Shown here piece by piece: positions 1-9,210 of a DNA stretch of 64,000 bases. A model generated the notes under the pieces. It did not search any database, had not been told where the DNA came from, and saw nothing but the letters and a program-made list of their open reading frames with translations. How positions within the stretch are numbered: the stretch's first letter is position 1; the number at the start of each line of letters is the position of its first letter. Source of the DNA: Escherichia coli (lineage in GTDB: Bacteria > Pseudomonadota > Gammaproteobacteria > Enterobacterales > Enterobacteriaceae). Location: NCBI RefSeq assembly GCF_003790525.1, contig NZ_CP033635.1. One strand, written 5' to 3'. A program made the translations under genes and the position numbers.

Positions 1-482
1 AACTGTGTGCCCTTGATGACGTCGGTCATGCCGGAATAGGTGGCCCCCAGTAATTCGAGACCTTCTTCTTTCCGGAGGATATCGAGCACTTCCAGTTCGC
101 CGTGAACCCGGGCTTCCACATAGGTGAAGTCCGTGTTGTCGCGTCCTGGTGTGATATGCAGATCTGAGGCATCCAGTTGAGCGGCTTTTCTGATGTAATC
201 AAGAACTTTTCTTTGTACTGTGTTGATCCCTCCGTCGGATAAAACGCCCGGTGCACGTTCCGTATTATTGCTGTTCAGGGTTGCGATAACGTCAAGAGTG
301 GTAAAATCGAATTTGCTGATTTTTCCCGGATAGCGGGAGCGTAAGAGCGTCAGGTAACGTTGTACAGAGGTGATGTGCTTCTTCGCCTCGACGACTTTCA
401 CCCTGATTTTTCCGTCAGCGTCATGCTGAATTGCGACGAAATCACGAATATCTTCAGGAGGCAGTTCGATAGTCTCTGGCAT
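1..482 (-). CDS. pilQ: Type IVB pilus assembly ATPase, GspE/PilQ-like, N-terminal 160 aa only (runs off window)
   Basis: Hand translation from ATG at 482 stays open to position 1 (MPETIELPPEDIRDF...); contains ASDLHITP, close to the GspE/PilB-family SDIHIEP motif; follows pilP in R64-like order. Confidence 0.55.
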   Translation of the reverse strand, partial: MPETIELPPEDIRDFVAIQHDADGKIRVKVVEAKKHITSVQRYLTLLRSRYPGKISKFDFTTLDVIATLNSNNTERAPGVLSDGGINTVQRKVLDYIRKAAQLDASDLHITPGRDNTDFTYVEARVHGELEVLDILRKEEGLELLGATYSGMTDVIKGTQ

Positions 483-491
483 GATGGCACC

Positions 492-953
492 TCACGGGCG
501 TAGCGTCTGCCTGTTGCCGTTGTATTCCAGAATCACACTGTCCGGTGTGATTTGTTCCACCATGAACAGTGTACCGGGTAATGCCTGTCCGGCCCTGACA
601 TCAGTTTCAGTTCCTCCGGGGAGTATGACGCGTGCTGAAAGCTGTGGCTGAATACCAAAGATTTCTTTCAGACGGGGGGATGAAAATGCCTGTGAACCGG
701 AGGAGGTGCCAGCCGCATTTTCCGGCTGATGTCCCGTGACAGAACCGGAAACCGGGGAGATACCCTGTTCCAGTGTCCGCAATTCATGACGAATTTTTTC
801 TCTTGCCAGCATCGCTTCATACAGGGCGGTTTCTTCCTGAATCTGCTCAATCTGCAGTTGTTTGTTCTGTGACGCGTCATTTTCGTTGCCGGCCACTGCC
901 ATTGCCGGTAACAGCAGGGCTGCAATCAGCAGCGCTTTTGTTTTATCGTGCAT
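492..953 (-). CDS. pilP: Type IVB pilus protein PilP-like (signal peptide)
   Basis: ORF 492..1160; likely start at internal Met giving MHDKTKALLIAALLLPAMAVAG signal peptide (about 153 aa); overlaps pilO end; position in operon. Confidence 0.45.
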   Translation of the reverse strand: MHDKTKALLIAALLLPAMAVAGNENDASQNKQLQIEQIQEETALYEAMLAREKIRHELRTLEQGISPVSGSVTGHQPENAAGTSSGSQAFSSPRLKEIFGIQPQLSARVILPGGTETDVRAGQALPGTLFMVEQITPDSVILEYNGNRQTLRP

Positions 954-2241
954 AATATTTACCTGTGAACTGATAACGGAAACGACCATTTTCCAGTTGT
1001 CTTGTGACAGAGAGAAAACGGACAGATGGCTCGCTGAAGCGCTCTGCCAGCTGGTTAGCCGGGAGTAGCGTCTGTATCTGCAGGTCATACTCTTTCCACG
1101 GTGGCTGGATGATGTTTCCGTTTTCATCAGTGAAGCTGTTATTGACTTCCTGCCAGTCAATCTGCAGTTGAACTGACTGTGCGAGCGTGGTCAGTCGTTC
1201 CTGCAGGTCTCGGGTTTCCGGAAGGGAATCAACCGGGACAGGATTATCCGGGAGCCGGAATGTGACCGGCAGTGCAACGCCGCCAGAGTTCCCTTCAGGC
1301 ATAACAATAAACGGCCGGGTGTCTGTGAGTTCAGTGATGCGCCGGATGAAGGCTGTCACTGTCGTGCCTGCTGTATTGGTGTATGAAGACCGCAGATTAC
1401 CGCTGTTACCGTCAGTAGAACATTCAGCCAGGGTATAACGCCATCCGGCAGCAGACAGTGGCGTCTGGTTCCATGTTGTGCTGCATTGCCGGATAAATTC
1501 TCCGCTCTCAGGCTGCCTCGTCCATGGTGGCGTTATACGTGCTTCAGCTGCTTTCCGGGCGCTTTCTTCCCGTTCCGCTTTTTCCGCCTGCCAGATTTCA
1601 TAACGTTGCCAGCCGTACCACGATGCGCCAAGCAGCGTGATGATGAGTAAGGCTGTCATTAACTGTGGGCCTCTGGACACGGGGAGCAGACGCGCTTCTG
1701 CCGGATGCTTTCTGGTGCTGATCAGGTTTGACAGCGGTAGCGGGATACACCGACTGTCTGGTGAAAAACCGTCAGGTTCGTAGCGTACCCAGCCGTTTTC
1801 CGGTTCCGCATTGAGCATCAGGAACGTGTTGCGGGCTTCCGTGATTTCAGTCGGGGTACCGGTAACGTCGTTAACCAGAATGCCATTAATCACCGATACA
1901 AACGCACAGGTGAGTTCAGCGTCGTCGTTCTCGATGATGAAAATGGCATACCCACCTGATTTGAGTAGCGGGCGTATTAACATTGCCAGTGACAGGCACT
2001 GGCGAATGTTACGGGGGATATCTGCATCCTGACGACTGAGCAGGGCAATCATCATTTCATCACCGTTTTCACCGTCGTGGTTGTGGCAGGAAAGATACAG
2101 TTCTGCGCCCTGTGACCGGGCAAACCGCCGGGCATTCCGGTAACCGGGAGGTATGCTCTTCCAGTCAAGGCCCGCAAGGAATGCCTGTTTACCCGATATC
2201 AGTGAAACCGGACGAATTTTTTTCTGCATTGACCCGTTCAA
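943..2241 (-). CDS. pilO: Type IVB pilus biogenesis protein PilO-like
   Basis: 432-aa ORF with one internal hydrophobic segment; size and position between secretin and pilP match R64 PilO (about 431 aa). Confidence 0.5.
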   Translation of the reverse strand: MNGSMQKKIRPVSLISGKQAFLAGLDWKSIPPGYRNARRFARSQGAELYLSCHNHDGENGDEMMIALLSRQDADIPRNIRQCLSLAMLIRPLLKSGGYAIFIIENDDAELTCAFVSVINGILVNDVTGTPTEITEARNTFLMLNAEPENGWVRYEPDGFSPDSRCIPLPLSNLISTRKHPAEARLLPVSRGPQLMTALLIITLLGASWYGWQRYEIWQAEKAEREESARKAAEARITPPWTRQPESGEFIRQCSTTWNQTPLSAAGWRYTLAECSTDGNSGNLRSSYTNTAGTTVTAFIRRITELTDTRPFIVMPEGNSGGVALPVTFRLPDNPVPVDSLPETRDLQERLTTLAQSVQLQIDWQEVNNSFTDENGNIIQPPWKEYDLQIQTLLPANQLAERFSEPSVRFLSVTRQLENGRFRYQFTGKYYAR

Positions 2242-2252
2242 GGGAACCTCCG

Positions 2253-3878
2253 TCAGATTACGTGCGGTGTGATCAGCACAACCAGAATGGTGTCATCGTC
2301 ACCGCTGTCAGTGCCGCCACCCAGCCCGAAGAATGCCGGGCTGCCGACGCCCTGGCGCACGGATTTGCTGCCGGACTGCCGGAATCCGCTGAGAATGACG
2401 GTCTGACCTGATTTCAGGTCGATGGTCTGGTTGATGGTTTTCAGGTCTACCGTGGGCACCTGTGCCCGGCTGCCGCCGCTCTCGAACACCTCAAAGGTGG
2501 GTTTGTCGGAGAGGTTCATGCTGAAGAGCAGCTGCAGGCTGCGCGCATCCGGCTGAATGAACGGCAGCAGGGTCATGTTGAAGCCGGTGGTGATGGTGGC
2601 GGCGTTCAGGGAGGTGCTGGTCCCGACGTTGGCCGTGGTGTCGGTGGTGACACCTTCGATATAGCCCTGCTGGCTGGCCACCTGCATGGGCACCGGCGTC
2701 ATGTTTTTGGTGACGGCGGAGTTCTGTGTGACCACGCTGACGGTGCCCTGACTGGAGAGCGCCTTCAGGAAGGCCTTCGAGCCGGTGAGCTTACCGTCCA
2801 CAATGGAGACGCCACTGGTGATGATGTCATCGGCGGCACTGCTGAATGCCCCTCCCAGCGTGAGGCCGAGACGTCCGTCGCTGAAGACGGCATTCCAGTC
2901 AATGCCGGCCTGGTCACGGCGGGTTTTTCTGACGCTGAGGACTTCCACGTTCAGCACCACCTGACGTCGCATCTCGCGGTTACGTGCCTCCACAAAACGG
3001 CTGACGGTGTCGAGGACCCGAGGGGTGTCGGTGACGGTGAGAAAGCCGGTGGCAAGCACCATCCGGCCGGTCCCGGGGGTCAGCATGGCACCGACGGCAT
3101 TTTTCAGGTCCTCATAGAGGGTGGACTTCATGTCGACCGTGGTGGTCTGGGTGTTGCTGGCCTCCCCGCTGAGGGTGCCGGCGTTACTGCCGGTACTGCT
3201 GCCGGATGAGGAGGAGGCGGTGCCGCTGACCACCCGGGCGTTGTAGGTCACCTGAGAGTCCATGTAGGTGACCGGGAAGGTGCGTGTCTCCAGCCAGTAA
3301 AAGGTGATGGCGCGCCGGTCACTGTCGTAACGGTACGAGATACCGAGCCGGGAGGCGACGGTATCCAGCAGCTGCCGCAGCCCGGTGGCGCTGAGTTCCG
3401 GCAGGACGGCACCGCCGCCCGGGGGGATGACCTGTGCGCCACTGCCGACGGCGGCCAGCGGCACCATGCCGTTCGGGTCCGGTGCGGGGATTGCGCCTGT
3501 CAGCTGCTGTGTGGGGCCGGTGGTGGCCAGCGCCTGCCAGACGTCGGCGGTGATGGTCACGGGGATACCGCAGCTTCCGGTGATGCGCTGGGCTATCTGC
3601 CGCAGGCTGATATCCCGGCGGGTGTTGATGATGATGGGGCAGCCCGGCAGGCTCTGGTGTGCGGGGCTGACGCTGACAGGGGAGGGGTTGATCCACTGTC
3701 GCGTGGTCTCCGTGACCACCGGCCGGGATTTACGGAGTTCGCCCGCGTGCCGGCGCGCTTTCTCCAGTGTGGCGGTGGCGTCTTTTTCCGTGTTGCTGAT
3801 ACGTTCGGCCGTACCGCAGCCTGACAGCAGCAGGGCGACGGCAGTCAGTGGCAGGAGCATGTGTTGTCTTTTTTTCAT
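2253..3878 (-). CDS. pilN: Type IVB pilus secretin lipoprotein PilN-like
   Basis: Start at 3878 gives MKKRQHMLLPLTAVALLLSGC (lipobox LSGC) preceded by an AAGGA RBS; C-terminus ...TILVVLITPHVI is secretin-like; about 541 aa. Confidence 0.7.
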   Translation of the reverse strand: MKKRQHMLLPLTAVALLLSGCGTAERISNTEKDATATLEKARRHAGELRKSRPVVTETTRQWINPSPVSVSPAHQSLPGCPIIINTRRDISLRQIAQRITGSCGIPVTITADVWQALATTGPTQQLTGAIPAPDPNGMVPLAAVGSGAQVIPPGGGAVLPELSATGLRQLLDTVASRLGISYRYDSDRRAITFYWLETRTFPVTYMDSQVTYNARVVSGTASSSSGSSTGSNAGTLSGEASNTQTTTVDMKSTLYEDLKNAVGAMLTPGTGRMVLATGFLTVTDTPRVLDTVSRFVEARNREMRRQVVLNVEVLSVRKTRRDQAGIDWNAVFSDGRLGLTLGGAFSSAADDIITSGVSIVDGKLTGSKAFLKALSSQGTVSVVTQNSAVTKNMTPVPMQVASQQGYIEGVTTDTTANVGTSTSLNAATITTGFNMTLLPFIQPDARSLQLLFSMNLSDKPTFEVFESGGSRAQVPTVDLKTINQTIDLKSGQTVILSGFRQSGSKSVRQGVGSPAFFGLGGGTDSGDDDTILVVLITPHVI

Positions 3879-3940
3879 GCAGAAATCCTTGTGTGAAACG
3901 TGAAAACAGTGAGCAGAGCAGGGAGGGCAGAAGCGCTTCG

Positions 3941-4012
3941 GGACTGAAGTCTGCGCGTGATGGCGATATATCCGCGGGACATGACCGCGGCCGGATATGC
4001 AGACTTCAGTCC
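3941..4012. promoter_or_regulatory. Nested inverted-repeat structure in pilM-pilN intergenic region
   Basis: Perfect 14-bp inverted repeat GGACTGAAGTCTGC (3941-3954) / GCAGACTTCAGTCC (3999-4012) enclosing inner inverted repeat ATATCCG / CGGATAT and CCGCGG palindromes. Confidence 0.5.
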
Positions 4013-4067
4013 ACAGGCTCCTCACACTGTGCGGGACAGCGAAGGTTAACGGTGCAGTGATGTCCCG

Positions 4068-4505
4068 CTAGTTGAAATAAACAAATGCGCTGTCAGGAAT
4101 GACGGACGGCACGCTGATACCGGTGTCCTGACCTGTGGTGTTCAGCAGTCGCCGCCCCTTCACCCGGCCTGCCAGCGCGGTTTTGTGGGTGATGTCTGCC
4201 AGCGCACCTGCAAGCCCCGGGCGGTCATCCTGCCAGACAAAGACCCGCTGTCCGGCGATGATATGGCGGGTACCGTATACCGGGCGGAAACCCGTGGCGG
4301 TGACGGGGAGCGTGCCACCCCCCGTGCGCTCAGCCGGATGGGTGTACAGCCGGTCGTTAATGCCGTTCATGAGGCGGACCATCTCCCACGCACGTTCACG
4401 CATCTCCGCCTGCTCGCTGTACACGGTGACCCGGTGGGTACTGCTGTTGTGAAACCAGGTCAGCGCCACGGTCAGGGCCATGACCAGGGAGAGCGACCAG
4501 CCCAT
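4068..4505 (-). CDS. pilM: Type IVB pilus protein PilM-like
   Basis: Start at 4505 (MGWSLSLVMALTVALTW, N-terminal hydrophobic) lies 2 nt after the pilL stop; 145 aa, same length as R64 PilM. Confidence 0.45.
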   Translation of the reverse strand: MGWSLSLVMALTVALTWFHNSSTHRVTVYSEQAEMRERAWEMVRLMNGINDRLYTHPAERTGGGTLPVTATGFRPVYGTRHIIAGQRVFVWQDDRPGLAGALADITHKTALAGRVKGRRLLNTTGQDTGISVPSVIPDSAFVYFN

Positions 4506-4507
4506 GG

Positions 4508-5233
4508 TCAGTCTCCCGGTCTGTCGCTGACGTGCACCACACACTGCGTGCTGTTGATGGCTGCATACAGCGGCGTCTGTGCGTCCTGATAGAGACGGAA
4601 GAGTTCACTGAGCGCGTGGCGGAACTCGCCGGTGAAATGCAGCGGCGCATCGATGCTGTAATTGAGTCCGGGGTTCTGCCAGGCCAGCTGCCAGGTGCCA
4701 CCGGCCTGACAGGGAACGGCGGCCACCCACTGCTCAAGACCGGCACGCAGCAGGGTTCCGCGGGCAAGAGTCCAGGTGGTCCGTGCATGCGCCGGTTGCG
4801 GCATGTTTGCTGATTTTTCCGCGGTTTTTTCCTGCAGACTGGTGGTGCCCGGGGTGGCCTGAGACGGACTGAACAGGGTGTTCCGCTCAATACGTACATG
4901 CTTCTTCTCCGTGTCGGTGATGGCGCGGAGCTGATATTTTTTCAGCATGCGTTCCGTAACGTAATTCCACTGGTCATTTCCCTTCCATGACACCGTGCGG
5001 GGCGGCCTGACATCCGGTGCAATGTCAAATGTCCATCCCGGCGGTATCAGTTGCTGCATGGCTTTTTTCAGTGATAACCCTTTACCGTCCCGGGGAATAA
5101 ATTTCAGTGCTCCCGGAGCGCTGCTGACCGTGGACGATGAGGGTGCACTGACCTGAGAAGGTGACGGTGCAGCAAAAAGTGGAACAGAAAATGCCAGCAG
5201 CGGCACAATAAGAAGTGGTTTCAGTGGTGTCAT
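4508..5233 (-). CDS. pilL: Type IVB pilus protein PilL-like (secreted)
   Basis: 241-aa ORF with signal peptide MTPLKPLLIVPLLAFSVPLFA; second gene of the minus-strand operon. Confidence 0.45.
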   Translation of the reverse strand: MTPLKPLLIVPLLAFSVPLFAAPSPSQVSAPSSSTVSSAPGALKFIPRDGKGLSLKKAMQQLIPPGWTFDIAPDVRPPRTVSWKGNDQWNYVTERMLKKYQLRAITDTEKKHVRIERNTLFSPSQATPGTTSLQEKTAEKSANMPQPAHARTTWTLARGTLLRAGLEQWVAAVPCQAGGTWQLAWQNPGLNYSIDAPLHFTGEFRHALSELFRLYQDAQTPLYAAINSTQCVVHVSDRPGD

Positions 5234-5285
5234 ATTATGGTCCTGTATCGCACATTTTTTGTGTTTCCTGAGCCTGTATCCGGTT

Positions 5286-5504
5286 TTATTCCGGCTGAAC
5301 TCTGCTGCATGAGAATGCGGTGACGTTCACTTTCACACTGAACGATTTACCGGCCTCTTTTTCTTTTAAAAACAGCCTGACGCATTCAGGCTCAGTCATC
5401 GGTGTGTTCTGAAAACGCACCCAGGATACCGGTGCACCACCAGGCTTCAGGATGGTGGCTTCAATCCGGTATTTATGCGGTGTGGTGTCTGTTGTTGCTG
5501 TCAT
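5286..5504 (-). CDS. Small hypothetical protein (72 aa), first gene of the pil operon
   Basis: ATG at 5504 preceded by AGGAG at about 7 nt; no recognisable domain. Confidence 0.35.
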   Translation of the reverse strand: MTATTDTTPHKYRIEATILKPGGAPVSWVRFQNTPMTEPECVRLFLKEKEAGKSFSVKVNVTAFSCSRVQPE

Positions 5505-5512
5505 TCATGGCT

Positions 5513-5580
5513 CCTGTTGCCGGTTTCCGGTCCCGGAAAAACAGGCGACATCAGCAACAAGGGGAAAAACGCGATGTCGC
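5513..5580. promoter_or_regulatory. Palindrome cluster upstream of pil operon (candidate operator / oriT-related site)
   Basis: CCTGTT...TTTCCGG-TC-CCGGAAA...AACAGG (5513-5545) and 8-bp inverted repeat GCGACATC / GATGTCGC (5545-5580). Confidence 0.35.
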
Positions 5581-6030
5581 CTGAAAGGTACTGGTGCAGC
5601 GGTGCGTTGTACGGACGCAGGTCCGCACAACCGGAAATACACGGGATGATTCGGTCAGTGTATTTTCGTGTTGTGCGCCTGTACTGATACGGCAGGGTGT
5701 GATGAGTGTTACCTGTGGCTGCAGGCGCGGCACGTCACTCATAACGTAGCATTCTGTTTCCTCCTCAGCCCGGCTTCAGGGCGTTGCCGCAATACCCGAT
5801 TGTTAAAGAGCCTTACCGGCATGGTGTCCGGTGTCACCGCGCGGATAACGATACGGCGGTGTCTGAAGGGATGATGCTGCGGCGCTCTGCACATGGCGAC
5901 GATTAATTCTTTTTGTGTTTCTGAAAATTTATTGCCGGGAAATTTCTGGTGTGACAGGGTGAATTAATTCTGGTCAGCGACGCTCCTGAGAAGGCAGAGT
6001 GCGCTGACATTTCGTGAACGGAGGAATGCC

Positions 6031-7539
6031 ATGTCCCTGAATCCCACCGATGAACAGTCAGCCATCATTCACTGGCAGGGGGAAAAACTGGTGGTGAATG
6101 CCTTTGCCGGTACAGGCAAAACCAGCACACTGGTGCAGTTCGCCGCAGCCTGCCCTGAGAGCCGGATGCTGTATCTGGCCTATAACCGCGCGATTCGTGA
6201 TGAGGCGGAGCGCCGGTTTCCCTTTAATGTGGAGTGCAAAACCTCCCATCAGCTGGCGTATTCGCGGTTCGGAAAGCATTTCCGGCATCGTCTGGTGCCG
6301 GGGCTGTCAGTGACGGATGTAGCGAGAAAACTGAACACCCGCTACTGGACGCTTGCCCGTGTTGCCATGACCGCGCTGAATCAGTTCATCTGTTCGGCGG
6401 ACGTGGCGCCCGGAATGCAGCATATGCCGCCTCCCGACGAGATGAAGGGCATGTCGCCACAGGATGCGCTGCGTGCCGTGCAGATCCTCTGGCATGAAAT
6501 GAGCAATCCGGATGGCAATTTTCCGGTCACTCACGACACCTATCTGAAGCTCTATCAGCTTTCCTCACCGGATCTGTCACGCAGGTGGGATACGATCCTT
6601 TTTGATGAGGCCCAGGATGCGAATCCGGTGACGTCCGCACTGGTGCTGGGGCAGCGGTGCAGGGTGGTACTGGTTGGCGACCGTTACCAGCAGATTTATC
6701 GTTTTCGTGGTGCCAGCGATGCACTGTCGCATCCGGCACTGAACGGGGCGGACCGTCTCTGGCTGACGCAAAGTTTTCGTTTTGGTCCTGCCGTGGCCGG
6801 GGTGGCCAGCCAGTTACTGAAGCGTGCCGGCGAGAGCCGTGAGGTGACCGGCAGGGGCGGGGATGATGAAGTGCTGACGGCAGGTGAAATGCGTGCGCGC
6901 GTGAAGGCAGGGAAGATGACCGGTCACAGGGCGATACTGAGCCGGACGGTGGCCGGTGTGATTGGCACGGCACTGATGGCGGCAATGCGTGGCAGGAAGG
7001 TTTACTGGGTGGGGGGCATTGAAGGCTACAGAACGGAAGCACTGGAAGATCTTTACTGGTTTCAGATGGACATGCCGGAGCGGATGCACAGTGACAGACT
7101 GCGAAAGGACTACCGGAGTTTTGACGAGTACCGTCATATTGCGAAGGTGACGAAGGATGTGGAAATGAATCAGTCCATTCGTCTGCTGGAGCTGTGCTTT
7201 CCGCTGCCGAAGAAACTCGAACTTCTCAGAAAGCACACCGTCACGAATGAACAGGAGGCGGATATCACGGTCTCAACGGCACACCGCAGTAAGGGACTGG
7301 AGTGGGCACTGGTGATACTCGATGATGATTTTCAGGATATCACCGACCCGCTGATAAGCGAGCAGGAGCGGCGTGATGAAACCAATCTGCTCTATGTGGC
7401 GGTCACCCGGGCGCGCAGAACGCTGGTTCTCAATGAGCTCATGCAGCAACTGACGGAAGCTGCCGGCGATGGTGGTGCACCCGGAAACGCGCCGGTGCAG
7501 GGGAAGGAAGACGATGGCGTGGAGGGAGAGGATGTTTAA
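6031..7539 (+). CDS. SF1 (UvrD/Rep-like) DNA helicase
   Basis: 502-aa ORF; Walker A AFAGTGKTS; ILFDEAQD Walker B-like; C-terminal VSTAHRSKGLEW and LLYVAVTRAR motifs typical of UvrD_C; GGAGGAA RBS before the ATG. Confidence 0.75.
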   Translation: MSLNPTDEQSAIIHWQGEKLVVNAFAGTGKTSTLVQFAAACPESRMLYLAYNRAIRDEAERRFPFNVECKTSHQLAYSRFGKHFRHRLVPGLSVTDVARKLNTRYWTLARVAMTALNQFICSADVAPGMQHMPPPDEMKGMSPQDALRAVQILWHEMSNPDGNFPVTHDTYLKLYQLSSPDLSRRWDTILFDEAQDANPVTSALVLGQRCRVVLVGDRYQQIYRFRGASDALSHPALNGADRLWLTQSFRFGPAVAGVASQLLKRAGESREVTGRGGDDEVLTAGEMRARVKAGKMTGHRAILSRTVAGVIGTALMAAMRGRKVYWVGGIEGYRTEALEDLYWFQMDMPERMHSDRLRKDYRSFDEYRHIAKVTKDVEMNQSIRLLELCFPLPKKLELLRKHTVTNEQEADITVSTAHRSKGLEWALVILDDDFQDITDPLISEQERRDETNLLYVAVTRARRTLVLNELMQQLTEAAGDGGAPGNAPVQGKEDDGVEGEDV

Positions 7540-9157
7540 GCGGTTCAGACGTATGCTGCCCGGCACAAAGGTCACGGAGCCAGGCGTGGTCGCGCCGGTG
7601 ATACCGGCAGGGTTTTATGCGCCGCTCACAGCAGAAGCACTGTTATCACCAGAGCACAGGGAACTGAGGCTCAGGCAGGTATGGGATAACAATCCGATGC
7701 CCCGTGATGTATACGACAGGATGTGCCTTGCGCCACTCAGCCGGCTGTTGCTGAACACCCAGAATGTGCCGGCAACACGGGAAGGACGGTGGTCCCGTGC
7801 CGGTGGATTTGGTGATCTGACGGTACTGTACACCACGTATGCCGTTCGTCTGGCAAGAGGGTACATGTTTCCACCGGATGCGACCCCGGAAGACCAGGCG
7901 GCTCAGGCCGCAGTCTGGCATACGGTGATTTTCTGGTCAGCGCTGTTTTACCACCTGCCCCTGCTGGCGCACCTTGAGGGGGAGCTGCTGAGTGGTCGGG
8001 GCTGGCAGCCAGGGATTTCTGTGCCTGACGAACCTTTCCGTTTCCGGTTCAGGAAGACGGCGCCGCAGGGCACGGAAGCGCAACAACTGGCGGCCCTGAC
8101 TGCCGGCACGCTGTTACCGGACGGCGCAACGGCCTGGCTTGTGACGGCGCCGGGGGCGCTGCAGAATCTGGCCGGGGCGCTCTGGCATCAGCATCCCGGG
8201 ATGGCGCTGATTCGTGATGTGCTGCAGGAAGCGGCAAGGCAGACAGAGAGTCCGCTGAATACCTGCGCTGTCACTGCGCCGGTTACTGCGGAGGCTTCAG
8301 CAGACATCCGTCCTGCTGACCCGGTGGTGACCGGCAGCACGGACAGTGTGATGGCAGTCACTGAGGTGCAGCCGGCAGAGGAGGTGAAGACTGAGAGCGT
8401 GCAGACAGAGACTGAAGGTGGTGGTGAGTCCGCCGGAGCGTCAGAGGTGCCGTCCGCACAGCAGGAACTGACGGTTCAGACAGCGCCAGTGGTGACGGCA
8501 GATGATGAAGCGGTCAGTGCTTCTCCTGCGGATCAGGACACAGCAATGCTGCTGAGTCTTTTTTCAGCAGATGAGTCCGAAACTGCTGAACGGGATAATG
8601 GGGATGTGGTGATGCTGGCTGATGAGGAAGAAGCGCAGGATCTCACCGATGGACCGGATGAAGGCGATTCGTCTCCGGGCAGTATTCATGAATCGCCGTA
8701 TCTGGTGGAGAGTGACGCGTCGGTTAATCAGTCCGTATCCGGGGAATACCGCGCAACAGAAGTGAATCCGCTTACCGGAGATGATCCTGATTTAAAGGGA
8801 GAGACGTTTTTGGACTGGCTTAAAGCAGGGCTGAACAGTGGTGAGATATCATTTAACCAGAAAGGCGACAAAATACACATTGTTGCAGGACTGGTTTTCC
8901 TGCCGGTACCAGGCATTTTCTTTGATTACCTGAAAGCAGTGCAGCTTCCCGGGGACAAACGCCCGATTGTTCAGTCATCATTTGAGCGGCTCTGTATCAA
9001 TAAACGCCGTGATGACCAGCGTTTTTATTTTGCTCGTATTGCTGAGGAACCCGGGAACTGTGCACGTTACAAAACAGTCAAAGGTTACCTGGTCAAAGGA
9101 CGTAGTCTGATGCATGAAAGTAAACTGAAAGACAGTCCTTATCTTTTTATTTCGTGA
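7514..9157 (+). CDS. Putative conjugative relaxase (TraI_2 / MOBH-like) with acidic low-complexity linker
   Basis: ORF 7469..9157; start chosen at ATG 7514 (AAGGAAG RBS), overlapping helicase stop; C-terminal segment (IHIVAGLVFLPVPGIFFDYLK...) resembles TraI_2_C; family assignment is from memory. Confidence 0.5.
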   Translation: MAWRERMFKRFRRMLPGTKVTEPGVVAPVIPAGFYAPLTAEALLSPEHRELRLRQVWDNNPMPRDVYDRMCLAPLSRLLLNTQNVPATREGRWSRAGGFGDLTVLYTTYAVRLARGYMFPPDATPEDQAAQAAVWHTVIFWSALFYHLPLLAHLEGELLSGRGWQPGISVPDEPFRFRFRKTAPQGTEAQQLAALTAGTLLPDGATAWLVTAPGALQNLAGALWHQHPGMALIRDVLQEAARQTESPLNTCAVTAPVTAEASADIRPADPVVTGSTDSVMAVTEVQPAEEVKTESVQTETEGGGESAGASEVPSAQQELTVQTAPVVTADDEAVSASPADQDTAMLLSLFSADESETAERDNGDVVMLADEEEAQDLTDGPDEGDSSPGSIHESPYLVESDASVNQSVSGEYRATEVNPLTGDDPDLKGETFLDWLKAGLNSGEISFNQKGDKIHIVAGLVFLPVPGIFFDYLKAVQLPGDKRPIVQSSFERLCINKRRDDQRFYFARIAEEPGNCARYKTVKGYLVKGRSLMHESKLKDSPYLFIS

Positions 9158-9210
9158 GTGGAGGGGAGGCTATTATTGCAGGAATGTGAATGAAATGTAA
9201 AAGGTAATCA

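Noticed and set aside
3319-3696. Pro/Arg-rich 125-aa ORF (and similar ORFs at 6527..7042, 8049..8237) in the island
   Set aside because: Alternative-frame or antisense artefacts of GC-rich coding sequence inside pilN, helicase and relaxase genes; low-complexity composition.
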